Source of the DNA: the human T2T-CHM13v2.0 reference genome, Homo sapiens
DNA length: 64,000 bases
Assembly (NCBI RefSeq): GCF_009914755.1
Contig: NC_060926.1
Strand: one strand, 5' to 3'
How positions within the stretch are numbered: position 1 is the first letter of the stretch; every line of letters starts with the position of its first letter. The notes under the pieces were generated by a model. It saw nothing but the letters and a program-made list of their open reading frames with translations, made no database searches and was not told the DNA's origin. A program made the translations under genes and the position numbers. Shown in pieces: positions 13,860 to 26,314 of the stretch.

Positions 13860-15480
13860 TGTTTTGAAAATTTCTTAACAGAGAAGTCCTGTGCTTTGGT
13901 TTACACTTTAGAAATATATCTTGAAGTACTAGAAAAGTTGATTAGGAGGCACTAAAGTGGAGGTAGAAAGACCATTTTAGAGGCTGTTTTAGTGACTCAG
14001 GAGTCAAAGCCCAGGACAGAAGCAAGGAAGTAAGTACAGAGATGAGAGGAAGGATTCACCAGACAGTTTACTCAGGAGAATCTACGGAACAGAATTCTTT
14101 GTAAAAACAAAGAAGGGAATAAAAAGAAAGTTTCATAATTCTGTCTCAGGCATTCAATGAGTGAGGCTTCCATCAAATAAAATAAGGCAAAAAGGTAAAA
14201 GATGCTGATTTTAAGTTTGAATGTTGTGAAATGGAAACCCACACTTAGAGCTCAAGAGATTGGTCCTGGGGGGAACCATAGTACAGTATTTGAAAGTTTT
14301 GCCTATGATGCCTAGCAAAATAAGGAGAAAAAGCATGAAAGACCAACATCAACATTTAACAAGTGTAAAAGAAGAGACCTTAAATGATCTTGAGAAAGTG
14401 TGAATAAAGAATTAAGATGCAAGAGAGGAGTTTGTTCATGATGTTGCCAATTGAGTGATGGATAGTGTCCAAGTCAACAAAGCATATAAAACACAAATCA
14501 AGAGGTGTTCAATGTATGGATCATCTTTGTCACCACAGTTTCAGTAGTGTGGGCAGGGCTGAAGTACAGTTTTAGGGGATCGATGTATGAATGTCTGCAT
14601 GCAAAAGAAAAGATATGCAAGATAGGCCATTCTTTGCAAGATAGGCCATTCTTTGAAAGCTTGGTTGTGAGGAGAAGGTTGATTTAGAGTCCAGTGCCTA
14701 GCACATACTTGAGTATTTACTCATTAGATATTTTTTGAAGAGACAGATAAATACCTAGGCTCCAGGCAAGATCATGGCAGCATTTTTACTAAGTGATGAA
14801 AGAGACATAAGCATAAACATATTTATATATCAAAGGACATGGGGCCAGTGGAGAAGAAAAAAGTAGATATATATCTTTTTAATACATATACATAATGCCC
14901 TATAAAGTGATTATAAAAAAAGGACTATATTGCACATAGACAAAACCATTTTCCTTGCATAGACAATGTCAGGGATAAAGATAGATGTAAAGCAAAATTA
15001 AATGTTGATGTATTTGTAAACAAGGCCAGGAAGTTGAGAACATTCATATGATAGTACCTATTCTCTCTGTAACTGTGGGGGATCATGCTAAGAGTAAGAA
15101 TGGCAAGGCAGGCAAGGAACTTAAAAGAATGAGATGAGTGATTAGAATGATTTTGAGTTAATGGTAAACGGAGCTGGTTATGGACAACTTGAGTGACCAA
15201 CAACACAGACCACCTAGATGGTTTTAGAGATCAAAAGTCTCAGTAGGGTAAATTGCTCAGTTTCTTTGCTTTTCTTCAGCAGCACAAGTAGAGTCACAGA
15301 AGGAGGACTGATGGGTTGATAATTTCCTGGGGTTTTTAGGTCTAGATCAATGGAAGGACAAAGGTAAAGGGAAATGAATGGTACTGGCAAGGCAGGGGTT
15401 TACTACTGGGCCCTCACTTGAGAGAAAAGAAAATAAAACTAGAAGTTTGTTGAAAGGTTTATTGGTGATGAAGTAGAGAA
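13860..15480 (-). mobile_element. Degraded L2 LINE fragments
   Basis: Purine-rich text with L2-like motifs (ggaggtagaaagaccattttagaggctgttttagtgactcagg). Boundaries approximate. Confidence 0.55.
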
Positions 15481-16244
15481 ATTAATTGCACAGTTTCTTA
15501 AAGAATGTGCATTCTAATTATATCTTGATATTAAAAATTGGAAGTGAAAGTTTCTAAGATTGAGTATTTCCAGTGCTTCTCAAGTTCCAAGGAATCATTC
15601 ACACAAGTGGTATAGGGACAGTTAGTGGGATTAATCCCATCAAGGGACTGAGAGACTGGCTATTGGATGTAGAATACAGGGGAAGTGATTTGAAGAAGCG
15701 ACTTGGAATTGTAAAAGATCATAGATTATTCAGAAAATCAATAAATTCTGTATCTAGGAAAACAGTTCAGCAGCAGTAGTAGTCAGATTTACAATGTGAA
15801 AAACACTTCTAAACGACTGTTTAATGGTTACTTCACCTGATGATTTCAGTAATTCATCTGTCCTAAAAGATTAGAAAATTATAAATATAATTTATTGTGT
15901 TTCATTTTTTATCTGTGCTGGGTCTTATTAATTTTTGCTCCTTTATATATATATATATATATATTAGTATTGTTCTGGTCACATATATGCACTCTATACA
16001 CACACACACACAGAGTAAGTAACTGTGATTTAGTGTTCAAAGTTTACTTAAGATAGAACCTCTAGATGAACAAGCACTTTTATATATATAAATACATCTG
16101 TGTGTGTGTGTGTGTAAAATTTGAATTCACAGATTAAAAAATGCTATGTTTATCTAGAATAGAGTTAATAGATGGCAATCTGAATAAACTTCATGTTCAC
16201 TTGGTAATTTTTGCATATTATGTGATTCATATCTGTTGTTTTAG

Positions 16245-17063
16245 AAAAAATCAAACATGCCCTTAGTAGCAGCAGTGAGGAGAATCCTGAAGGAAATGTT
16301 ACAATACGGCGGTTTTCTTTCGAAATGGGCGCCATTTTTAGGAGAACAGTAGTGCTTTGTGGATGGGTTGACAATTTCCTTTCCCACACTCTTTTCTCAG
16401 CCCGCCTCTGTGCTGAAAACCTGACCAACTCTTTCTACCTGCAAATCTCCAATCTCCTGAAATAATATTTGTTCAAATAGCATCAGTCTATTCCAGATAA
16501 AAATACTCTAGGCTTCCTCACAAGAAATAGTGTTATTGCAAGCTTGAACTATTGAAAAAGTAATATTGCCTCCAAGGGGGTACGCCATCTTAATAAGACA
16601 TATCTTCAAGACAAGGAAAAACGTACTTTTCAAATCCTACATGCGTTATAAACCACCGCTTACGAAACCTTTGTTCTAAAGCATTGCCGATTTTACCTGA
16701 GGCAGGCATTTTACTGCATTTAAAAGGTCACCAAGGATGCTAAAGAATCTTAGGTGAATCTGAAGGCCTGGTGGAGATAATAAGAACTAAAGTTTTTGTT
16801 TTGTGAAGTTTTCTGAAGGCTTTCTCCCAGGCATTGAAATGTAACTTCCATTTTCTTAGTCTAACTTCACCAGGTAGTGCTGGCAGAAATTTTAAAAAGA
16901 GAAATAGCTGGTGGATGTAATAAACTAAAAAACAGGGCTCTCTCCTCACTCACCTGCTGTTCTGCTGAAGAAACTGTGGTAGAAAATATTGTTAATCCAG
17001 TTAAAAATACATGCCAACATCTGTAAAAATGAGAGACGGGTATTCTATTTGGAATTTACTTGG
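16245..17063 (+). pseudogene. Exon F: large exon encoding a Niban-like helical region (KIKHALSSSSEENPEGNVTIRRFSFEMGAIFRRTVVLCGWVDNFLSHTL...YLQISNLLK...VIASLNY*KSNI...QILHAL...LHQVVLAEILKREIAGGC...)
   Basis: Acceptor tgttgttttag, candidate donor G|gtaact at 17064, 819 nt, phase 1->1. Several stops and probable compensating frameshifts around 16740-16865. Multiple colinear Niban-like motifs. Confidence 0.8.
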
Positions 17064-17289
17064 GTAACTTATTTTGCTAGTTAGCTCTAGGAAAAATTAC
17101 GAAGCAGGTATTCACCAGTGTCTATTTTTTTTTCCTCCTGTTTCAAACTTTTTCCTTTCTTGCCCAATGAGTCCACCATTTTTGTCTAAATCAGTTGGAT
17201 AAACCAATTCACTCTGTGGTGCTAGTGCCTTACTGCATGGCACTTCTCAGAAATATTTTCTGCTTGTCTTGCTTTATATATGTGAAACT

Positions 17290-17520
17290 TTTTATGATTT
17301 ATTCATCCAAAAATATGTTTTTTGAGCACCTGTTAGGTGCCAGTCACTGTTTTAGGTCCTAGAAATATAGAACTAGACAAGACATGTAAGATCTCTGATG
17401 TTATGAAGCTTACATTTCAGTGGTAAGGAGACAAAAAACGCACAAAGAGATTTCACAATATACATGCACAGGATCAAGTGATTAGTGTTCTGAAGAGATT
17501 AAAAGAGAAAAGGGATAGAG
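17290..17520 (-). mobile_element. L2 3' end
   Basis: attcatcc...ttgagcacctgttaggtgccagtcactgttttaggtcctaga...gaagcttacatttcagtgg. Confidence 0.75.
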
Positions 17521-17809
17521 TGGCTGATGAGCTTCATGTGTCCTGCCCCACACATCAAAATCAGAAGATAACTTAGGTTTGTCTTTCATAAATCCCTTAA
17601 TATCAACTTTAAAATCTGAATAAAATGTTTTTTATTTAATTAAAGTGGCCAAGAAAGGAATAGTAACAAAACTCAAAGTGACAACAATATGGTAAGAGGG
17701 AAATCATGATTTTGAATCTGGCTTCTAGTTGGTACTAAAATTTTAATGGAGAAATTAATAAAACATCATTAATATTTTAAAAAATACATCATCACTGGAA
17801 CACATGAAC

Positions 17810-18092
17810 GCTATGCCCTAGAAATGTACCTGACCCAAACTGACATGTGCTGTGAGATTAAGATACACACTGGGTTTGAAGATTTATGATGAAAACAATT
17901 ATAAAATATCTCATTAATAGTTTTTTTATATTGGTAACATATTGAAATTATGGCCTTTGGGATATATTGGATTACATCAAATACATTATTAAAATTAATT
18001 TCATATGTTTCTTTTTACCTTTTAAAATAAGGATACTATAAAAGTTTACACTCCATATATGGTTTACATTATATTTCAAATGGACAGTGCTG
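17810..18092. mobile_element. hAT-Charlie DNA transposon (MER33/MER3-like)
   Basis: tgacatgtgctgtgagattaagatacacactgg...catattgaaattat...ggacagtgctg terminus. Confidence 0.75.
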
Positions 18093-18116
18093 TGTGAAGC
18101 TATGGAGGCCTTAAAT

Positions 18117-18322
18117 CAGAGGTCTGCATACTTTTTCTGTAAAGAGCCAAATAGTAAATATTTCAGACTTTGTGGACCAAAAGAAAAAAAAAAATCACAG
18201 CTATTATAGATGTAGTCACATGACCATTTAAAGTATAACCATTTAAAATGTACAATAGATCTTTAGATTGCAGGTCTTTTACAGATAGACAGTGGCCCAG
18301 ATTGCCTCATGGCTGCCTCCTG
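18117..18322. mobile_element. hAT-Charlie DNA transposon (MER58-like)
   Basis: cagaggtctgcatactttttctgtaaagagccaaatagtaaatatttcagactttgtggacca start. Confidence 0.8.
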
Positions 18323-18615
18323 CCATACAGTGAGGTGAAAAGATGAAGGGCTTCACAGCTCTAGGGTCAAATATTAACTCTGCCACTTAGCCAAAAGGAC
18401 ACTAGGCCAGACATTTAGCTTCTCAGTCTCTTTTTCCTTATTTGTAAAATGAAGGTATTAATATCTATCTCTTCAAGAATGTTATAAGAATTTAGTAAGA
18501 TTTAGTGGAATAGGTTTGTAAACCACCTGAAAAAAGTGTCAGTTTCTTATTTCTCACAGAGTGAGATTTTCAATAAATACTGGTATATTGGCAAAGCGTA
18601 TACCTGAGGAAAATA

Positions 18616-18616
18616 A

Positions 18617-18655
<39 letters not shown>

Positions 18656-18657
18656 AC
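18616..18657. repeat. (CA)n microsatellite
   Basis: Direct reading. Confidence 0.95.
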
Positions 18658-18812
18658 CCCGGGGGAGATTGGGGAGTGGGGGAGATTCTTTAAAAAAATG
18701 TGAAAAGGGGTCGTATAAATTGCTAGGAATCAACAAAATTTACACTTTTTCATAAGTGTGTCCTGACCATCTAAAGAAAATGTGTAGCCCCTTGAATCTG
18801 ATTGTACCCCAG

Positions 18813-18853
18813 AATGTCAGGATTTGGTTCACGCAACAAACAGCTTTCTGATG
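18813..18853 (+). pseudogene. Candidate exon G: ECQDLVHATNSFLM
   Basis: Acceptor gtaccccag, donor ATG|gtaaaa, phase 1->0 fits neighbours. Short, so it could be chance. Confidence 0.45.
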
Positions 18854-19236
18854 GTAAAATTTCAAACACCTGGGTTAGGGAATGTCTTTGAACAAAAGGC
18901 CTACCTGAAATCTCTCAAAACAGACTATATAGAAAATAGCTTTAATATCTAGTACTTTGGAGCCCTGGTTCTCAGATTTTTTTCAAGAGTGGGAGAAATG
19001 TCAGATCTCTACATGATACTGGTATACATGATGTGAGAAAAAAGAAAAGAAGTAAAAGAAACTTTCAAAACTCTGTAAATATTTTATCTTTTGTTTGATT
19101 AATTGCAATAATATGCAAGTAAGTCTGGCAAGTATTTGTAACAATACGTATAAGACATATACTGTATTTAGGACAGAGACAATCTTTAAGAAATACATGA
19201 ATTGTAGATTCTGTAGTATCTCTGTAAAACCCTTAG

Positions 19237-19397
19237 GGCTTGACAAACCCACATGATTCTCTTTGGGGAATAATACCTATGCTATGAGATAAATTCATGA
19301 GAAATTTAGACTTAATTTCATTTCCACAGTAAACTAAACCTCCACACCCACCACCCTGATCATTGGCTGACACCACATACATTGAGCCATTACAATG
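19237..19397 (+). pseudogene. Candidate exon H: GLTNPHDSLWGIIPML*DKFMRNLDLISFPQ*TKPPHPPP*SLADTTYIEPLQW
   Basis: Acceptor cccttag, donor TG|gtattt, 161 nt, phase 0->2, three stops. Confidence 0.4.
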
Positions 19398-19786
19398 GTA
19401 TTTTCCTGTCAATGTAGGAGGCAAAATTCTATAACCCCGCTTCAATTTTTAAGAAAGTCCTCATTTTTATGTGTGTATTATATCATGATCTCACTGTATA
19501 CTTTGGCCTTTTGCTGGTCTGTATAATTAAGCATTGATACTAAGTGCCTCTTTCACTGGTCATAGGCCAAGGCAGGAAACAGAACGATTCATTAGTGGCT
19601 GCTGTTTCCTTGCCCAAATACCATCAAAGATGGTCACTGAGTCTAAATAGGTGCCCCTGAGAATTTTCAAAAACTCATTTTTTTACCACATTGCATATGA
19701 CTTACTATAATTGCCATGCAAAGTTCTTCTACAAAATTCCAAGGCTTCTAGGCAATTTAATCAATTTAAAAAAATCTCTGAGGGAG

Positions 19787-20347
<561 letters not shown>

Positions 20348-20495
20348 CCACAGACATATTTGTTAGTAGAGGTGAACAGGAATAAAAACTGAGTGTTGGA
20401 TGGGGGCTTCTGTGATTAATCCAGAAGTCCAGTTCTTTGATTAATTAATAGTGTTATCTTAGACAAATCACTAATATTCCTCCAGGCTTCAGTTT

Positions 20496-21020
20496 TCCCC
20501 CTGCTTCTTTTTCTTTTTCATATATTGAGTCCTTCTTACTACATGTCTAAATCAGACTGTACATGGGATCCTCAAACATATGCTTTAGGCAATTATAGTT
20601 CTTCTGTTTAGCACACAGGAAAAGTGGGTCACCAGACAGATTTAGTAATGGGCCCAATGTTGCATACTTACGATAGTTCCTGTATTCAACAGGTGAGTGC
20701 AGAAACGTATTTTATTCTTCTTATGACCCTTATATCAGTTGCAAAAGTCCCTGAGTCACAGTAGGTCTTCTTTTCTGAAATTTTATTTTTTATGTTTGAA
20801 TTTATATTTGTGAAATGGAAATACGTTTGAAAGTCCAGGAGACTCTCCTCTTCCCAAGCATTTTCTCTCTAGCTTTTTATTGTTGCATAAAACCCATCCG
20901 ATAGGCCTCTATTAAGTAGGATTGAGTATGATTGTCTATTTATATACAAATATCTCCAAAGAAGGTGGTGAGTTTGGTAATAGATTTAGCTATTAAATCT
21001 TTTCATACATTAAGCAAAGC
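20496..21020 (+). repeat. Direct duplication copy 1 (~520 bp, partner 24507-25025)
   Basis: Colinear match from the pyrimidine tract to tacatta..caaagc, above 90% identity by eye. Confidence 0.97.
20522..20692 (+). pseudogene. Duplicated copy of exon K: ILSPSYYMSKSDCTWDPQTYALGNYSSSV*HTGKVGHQTDLVMGPMLHTYDSSCIQQ
   Basis: 171 nt, donor CAG|gtgagt, pyrimidine tract ending in cat rather than cag. Near-identical to 24532-24701 and out of order in the exon chain. Confidence 0.75.
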
Positions 21021-21269
21021 CAAAGTTATAAGTTTTCATATTAACCGGTTCAAATGTTCATCTATGAGCATTGTTCTAATGCCTGAAACGAGCACTACTT
21101 CAAGTACTTCTTTGTCACTAAAAGCTATTCAATTCTACTGAAGGTCAGTTATTCAAGCTTCATCTTATGTACTTTTTTTTTTATCAAAGTTAATTATGAC
21201 TGAAGGTTTGCCTCTATGATGTATGAATCTGGTTTTGTGCTGTGTTATCGTACAGAGAAGATAAAGGCA

Positions 21270-21480
21270 GGTCACTTGGATTCAAATTCTAGAGTTTCCA
21301 CTCATTATGTGTGATCCTAAACAAGTTATTTAAACTTCTCTCAATTTCTTCATCTGTAAAGTGGAGATAATAATGGTACCAACCTTATAGAGTTATTATG
21401 AGGTTAAAATTAGTTAATATTTATAAAGTGCTTAGAAGTAGGTCACAGAGAAGCCCACATAAGCAGTCATTAATTAAATA
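21270..21480 (+). mobile_element. MIR
   Basis: tgtgtgatcctaaacaagttatttaaacttctc...catctgtaaagtggagataataatggtacc. Confidence 0.85.
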
Positions 21481-21730
21481 GACCATAATGATCTAAGACC
21501 TCATCAGCACAATTGTACATGCTTTTATTTGGAGAGTTTTATAAGAACTATAATTTTCCTACTTTACTAATGGGAAAACTGAAGCCTGGAGAAATATTAG
21601 TGATTTGTCTAAGTTAACACTGTTAATTAATCACAGAACTGGACTTCTGGACTAATCACAGAAGTCCTAAATCTTCTGATCCTTGACACAGCTTTTACTC
21701 CTGTGCACCTGTACCAACAAAGTTAAAATT

Positions 21731-21972
21731 TTTACAACCAAATAGGTCTGTAGTTTCAAATGATAGTAATACACATTTCAGGATCCACAGGTTAAATAAA
21801 AGGAGGGGAAAGGCAACATTGCAGCTATCAGACCAGGACCGCATATGGCTCCAGGCTATGATTGCCAAATATATTTCAGGACACCCATTTATATTGGAGT
21901 TTCAGATGAACAACTAATGTCTTCTGTATACATACATCTTTAATATTCCATGGGACATACTAATATAAAAAA
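21731..21972 (+). repeat. Inverted duplication arm B
   Basis: Reverse complement of 20105-20347, including the first half of a MER53-like element. Confidence 0.95.
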
Positions 21973-22045
21973 TTGTTCATTGTTTATATAAAATGAAAAT
22001 GTATCTGGTATTCTATAATTTAATTTGCTAAACTTGGCAACCCTA
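21858..22045. mobile_element. MER53-like palindromic hAT MITE
   Basis: ttgccaaat...ggacaccca...ttcagatgaacaac...gggacatact...tggcaacccta. Confidence 0.75.
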
Positions 22046-22925
22046 CCCAGCCTCTAAAAGATGACTTAATCAGTGGAGAAACATAACTAGGTTAGCAATT
22101 CCCATGTGTATAGGGTAGGACAAAACAAAATCCAAATTCATGTCTTTTTTGTGAGTGAGGCAAAAAGTATCATATTTAGAGAACAGACACCATCATCTGC
22201 CTCATCTTTGACTTAGATATATTAATAATATTAATAATAATAATGACTCACATTGAGTGCTCTCCATATGCCAGGCACTTTATAATAGCTGTATTGATGT
22301 TGTCCTTTTAGTACTCATGCATCCTACTCTAGTTTTTAAAGTATTATTATTATTCCCATCATTTATGAGATAAATAAGTCAGTTGGAGCTAATACACACA
22401 GAAGTTTATTTCTTGCTCACACTGTGTCCACCAGGGGTGAGCAGCAGTCTTGTTCCATGGGACCAGGTAGAGGGGATGGCCTCCATCCAGGACATTCTGA
22501 GTTTTCAAGCAGAGGCAAGAGAGATCATGGCACTACAGAACAGCTCTTAATGCTACAGCTTTGAAGCAGCACGTCACTCTGACACTCATCATTAGCCAAA
22601 GCAAGGCACACATCTAAGTCTGAATACAATGGGGCAGGAGACGATAATTCTCTCCCAGGATGCAGTGGCAAATATTTTGAGCAGTATTTCACTCTACCCT
22701 GTGAGGAAGCTGAGGCACATAGACATTAAGAGATTTGCCCACAGTCACAGGTAGGATTTCAACCCAGGCATTTTGCATCCACAGCCTGTTTTTAGCTTCT
22801 CTCCTATACTCCCTTATTTATATGTGAAATGAAAACATGTACATTCACCCTATATCTGTTAGGATAAATATTGAGCATGCTCACTGGCTACACAAAGAGA
22901 GAACTTTGGGATTGTGTCATTCCAG

Positions 22926-22970
22926 GTACCCCTGGCTGCCCCCCTTGTGATGTCAGCTTCAGAAGTATCA
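22926..22970 (+). pseudogene. Candidate exon I: YPWLPPL*CQLQKY
   Basis: Acceptor gtcattccag, donor CA|gtaggt, 45 nt, phase 2->2 continues exon H. Confidence 0.45.
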
Positions 22971-23638
22971 GTAGGTCACACTGGGAACATTGCTTTCTGC
23001 ACTATGTACAATGCTGTAACTGAAATAGAATGTCTTTTAAGTTGTTATATAGGGTTTTAAAAAATCTATAAATAGTGTTCTGCACTTTAAATAAGATCTA
23101 TTAGCAAAGCTCAGACACTATTAGCCAGTGAAATGACTTTTGGGTCCCAGATGTTTGTACACTTTTTTTCATGATTTCCATGATTGCCACTGAGTGGTTA
23201 CACCTCCTGTACCAAGCCAAATAATAGATCACACTTAAACTGACACCTCACCAGAGACAGAGTGCTTCTGCAAGGCCTTGGAGAGCCTGAGCTATTGAAA
23301 ATGAATGGATATTAAAGTGAAATATTAGGCCACATAGTGGAGCATGGCTTGTTGCATAATAATGTTAAAATGATGTTATTGGCAAGTTGGAGAACACAAT
23401 AAGGAGAAAATGATTATAACAGCTAGTAAAAAATGATGTCTTATGAAAAATTCATTTATTACCTTAAAGGGTTTGTTCATAATGTAACCATTTTTCCATT
23501 GTGGTAAGAAAACCTAAATCTTTTTTCTTTCATGCTCAGATGGGTGTTTTTCTCTGTTTTCTTTTAAAACATCCTTTCAAAACACAGATCTATTTGTGTT
23601 TCTTAATTGATGAGAGAAATAAATTTTACTGAAATCAG

Positions 23639-23853
23639 CATCAAGTGAAACAAAAATTTGCATATAATATGTCTGAGAGGAGATTCTGAGAACCTTTGCT
23701 GATCGTGTAATTTTACAAGTACATTTTATGGCACACAATTTTTCCATAAACAGCCACTTTCCATTCAAGCATCAAAGTGATCCAGAGCAAGGCTTTATTG
23801 ATGCAGCATTAGGAAAAATCCATATGGGTCCAGACTTTGAAAATTTTGTTTCT
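23639..23853 (+). pseudogene. Exon J: ...EEILRTFADRVILQVHFMAHNFSINSHFPFKHQSDPEQGFIDAALGKIHMGPDFENFVS
   Basis: 59 open codons ending at donor TCT|gtaagt (phase 0). Frame of the first ~40 nt is ambiguous and needs a 1-nt frameshift to join exon I. Confidence 0.7.
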
Positions 23854-24186
23854 GTAAGTGCATATAAACCTCAAAGACTAGACTGACATTCGGCTTCACA
23901 TCACATTATATATTCTTCTCCAATAGGGTAGGAAATTTTTATTTTTGAGTCAATATTTTAATGGGATAACTTGCTCCTCTTTTTAAAAAAATAAGCTTAA
24001 CACAGAGAACACTGCTATCGAGTCCAAAGTTATGTGTTTTAATACATTCTCATCCTCTTTCTAAAAGAATATGTTCATTTAAAAAATTGTGTCAGCATGC
24101 TTCAGATTTGCTGGACTGAAAGAGCTTACTATGCCAGAGCCAACAAGCACTCAGCTGGTTAAAAGTATGAAGCTGAGGCATGGAAC

Positions 24187-24365
24187 AGGACAGTTGTTCT
24201 CAACCTTAGCTCATACTGGAATCCCCTGCAGAGATTTACAAACTTCTTCTGCCTGGGTTACATTCCCAGCATTTCTGATTTAACTGGTCTGGAGTACAGC
24301 CTAGGCACCAGAATTTGAAGGCCTCCCAGTTGATTCTAGTGGACAGCTAAGACTGAGAATTCTTG
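24187..24365. mobile_element. MER5-like hAT-Charlie element
   Basis: cagttgttctcaaccttagct...ttctgatttaactggtctggagtacagcctaggca...ctcccagttgattcta...tgagaat. Confidence 0.8.
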
Positions 24366-24506
24366 GAATCAGAATCAAGAACAAAGAGCACATCAATCAG
24401 TAGTGGAACAGAGAGGAATCTTGTGGAGGCCTTAATGGTCTAATTCTCTTCTGGTAGAATTGGGAGTAACCTGATCCCCTTTTTTCTTCCCCTCCTGCTT
24501 GTGTCT

Positions 24507-25025
24507 TCCCCTCCTTCTTTTGCTTTTTCATATATCGAGTCCTCCTTACTACGTGTCTAACTCAGACTATACATGGGATCCTCAAACATATGCTTTAGGC
24601 AATTACAATTCTTCTGTTTAGCACATAGGAAAATGGGTCACCAGACAGATTTAGTAATGGGCCCAATGTTGCATAGTCACGATAGTTCCTGTATTCAACA
24701 GGTGAGCGCAGAAACACATTTTATTCTTCTTATGACCCTTGTATCAGTTGCAAAAGTCCCTGAGTCACAGTAGGTCTTCTTTTCTGAAATTTTATTTTTT
24801 GTGTTTGAATTTATATTTGTGAAATGGAAATACGTTTGAAAGTCCAGGAGACCCTCCTCTTCCCAAGCATTCCCTAACTTCTTGTTGTTGCATAAAACCC
24901 ACCCAATAGGCAGCTATTAAGTAGGATTGAGTATGATTGTCTATTTATATACAAATATCTCCAAAGAAGATGGTGAGTTTGGTAATAGATTTAACTATTA
25001 AATATTTTTATACATTAGCCAAAGC
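24507..25025 (+). repeat. Direct duplication copy 2 (probable source locus)
   Basis: Matches 20496-21020, and its exon sits in the correct order and phase in the chain. Confidence 0.97.
24532..24701 (+). pseudogene. Exon K: ISSPPYYVSNSDYTWDPQTYALGNYNSSV*HIGK/GHQTDLVMGPMLHSHDSSCIQQ
   Basis: Long pyrimidine tract ending ttttcat (dead AG), donor CAG|gtgagc, phase 0->0, one TAG and a 1-nt deletion relative to the 20522 copy. Confidence 0.75.
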
Positions 25026-25582
25026 TTTCCAAATTCTCACTTTGATCGTTAATCATTGGGAACTCAGCTCAAATCCACTAAATCATGAGAAAGGGGAAAA
25101 TCAAGACATTTGACTGAGACTCCATGTGGCTACAAGGAATTTGAAATGAACAAAGGGCAAACAAAGTGAAAGGGAGATAATCTATTTCTCTGAAGATTCC
25201 TCTGTGGTCAGACAATGGCAATATTGCAAGCAAAACATCTGCTTCTTATGACTAAACTTGCATCTTGCAGTCTCCCTCTTTGCTTTAAGTTTCTAACTCT
25301 TTGCGTATGTTTTACATATGCACATGCAAATAAGCTATTGTCCAGCAGATAAGTGACTTATAAGCAACCAGTAAGTGGTTAAGGAGGAAAAAAAAAAAAA
25401 CTTGAAAAGGGGACAAGACTGGAAATATTATGTGATATTGATAAATAGTATGAATTATCTGTCATCTATAAACTATCTATTTACATATCTATCGTCTATT
25501 TTACTTGCAGAAAAGGACATAAAAGCAAGACTCATCTCACTCAAAATTTGTTTTGCATTTTCCTAGGAAAGTTAGACATCTC

Positions 25583-25642
25583 AAAATTATAATTTTATAT
25601 AAATACAGCACTAAAAATATAATTTTATATAAATATAGCACT
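25583..25642. repeat. 30-bp tandem duplication
   Basis: aaaattataattttatataaatacagcact / aaaaatataattttatataaatatagcact. Confidence 0.9.
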
Positions 25643-25923
25643 ATTTTGGTTTTGCATTTCCCAATTGCTGATAGTAGTCAGTGACTGCTTTCATCCAGAT
25701 CATCACCATGTTTTCTGTCATAGAGAAAGCCACAGAACAATTCCCTGCCACTGAGATTCCAGGAGGAATAATGTGTTTAACCAATGAATGCAATCAATAA
25801 TACAATATGAGGTCACAGGGTTTATAGTCTAACAAATATCCCCAAACTTGCCTATTGCCATTCAAAGTCACCTCAGAAACCAGTAAAGCCCCACGAGCTT
25901 CTATTGTTCTAAACATTTTGCAG

Positions 25924-25995
25924 TCGCCTCTGCTGGACATATTTTTCACAAGTACTACACTGAGATTTCTTTCCACTTCTGGAATAACTGTTCAT
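25924..25995 (+). pseudogene. Candidate exon L: SPLLDIFFTSTTLRFLSTSGITVH
   Basis: Acceptor cattttgcag, weak donor gtaaag, 72 nt, symmetric phase 0. Not required for phase continuity. Confidence 0.35.
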
Positions 25996-26314
25996 GTAAA
26001 GATGTTGGAATTTTTTTTCTTAGGCCTAAAAATGTTCAGGAAAACCAAGATGTTATGCTAAATTTGAACAGTCTTCAAACATCCTGTGTGGAGGAGCTGT
26101 CTCTCTGAAGTCATTCTTAGTCATTCTTTTACCAAATAATCAAGGACTAGTTTCTATCCTTGATTAGCTTGGGATAAAAGCCTTCCTCAGTAAAAGACAT
26201 TGAAGAAGCATTTATGTGTGTTGGAATTAATGAATCAGTCCCTGGGCTTAAATCCCATCATCTGTCAGAGGAAACAGCTGGGGCATTGATTCCCTTTCTC
26301 ATTTAAACCCTCAG

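Noticed and set aside
14619-14656. 19-bp tandem (aagataggccattctttg) and similar short repeats at 33277, 43920 and 45890
   Set aside because: Ordinary slippage duplications. Nothing resembles a CRISPR or regular repeat-spacer array.
16165-16428. 87-aa minus-strand ORF
   Set aside because: Antisense shadow of exon F. The + strand carries the splice sites and motifs.
23639-23680. HQVKQKFA resemblance to the BTBD16 C-terminus
   Set aside because: Only a short match in an uncertain frame, with no support in neighbouring exons.
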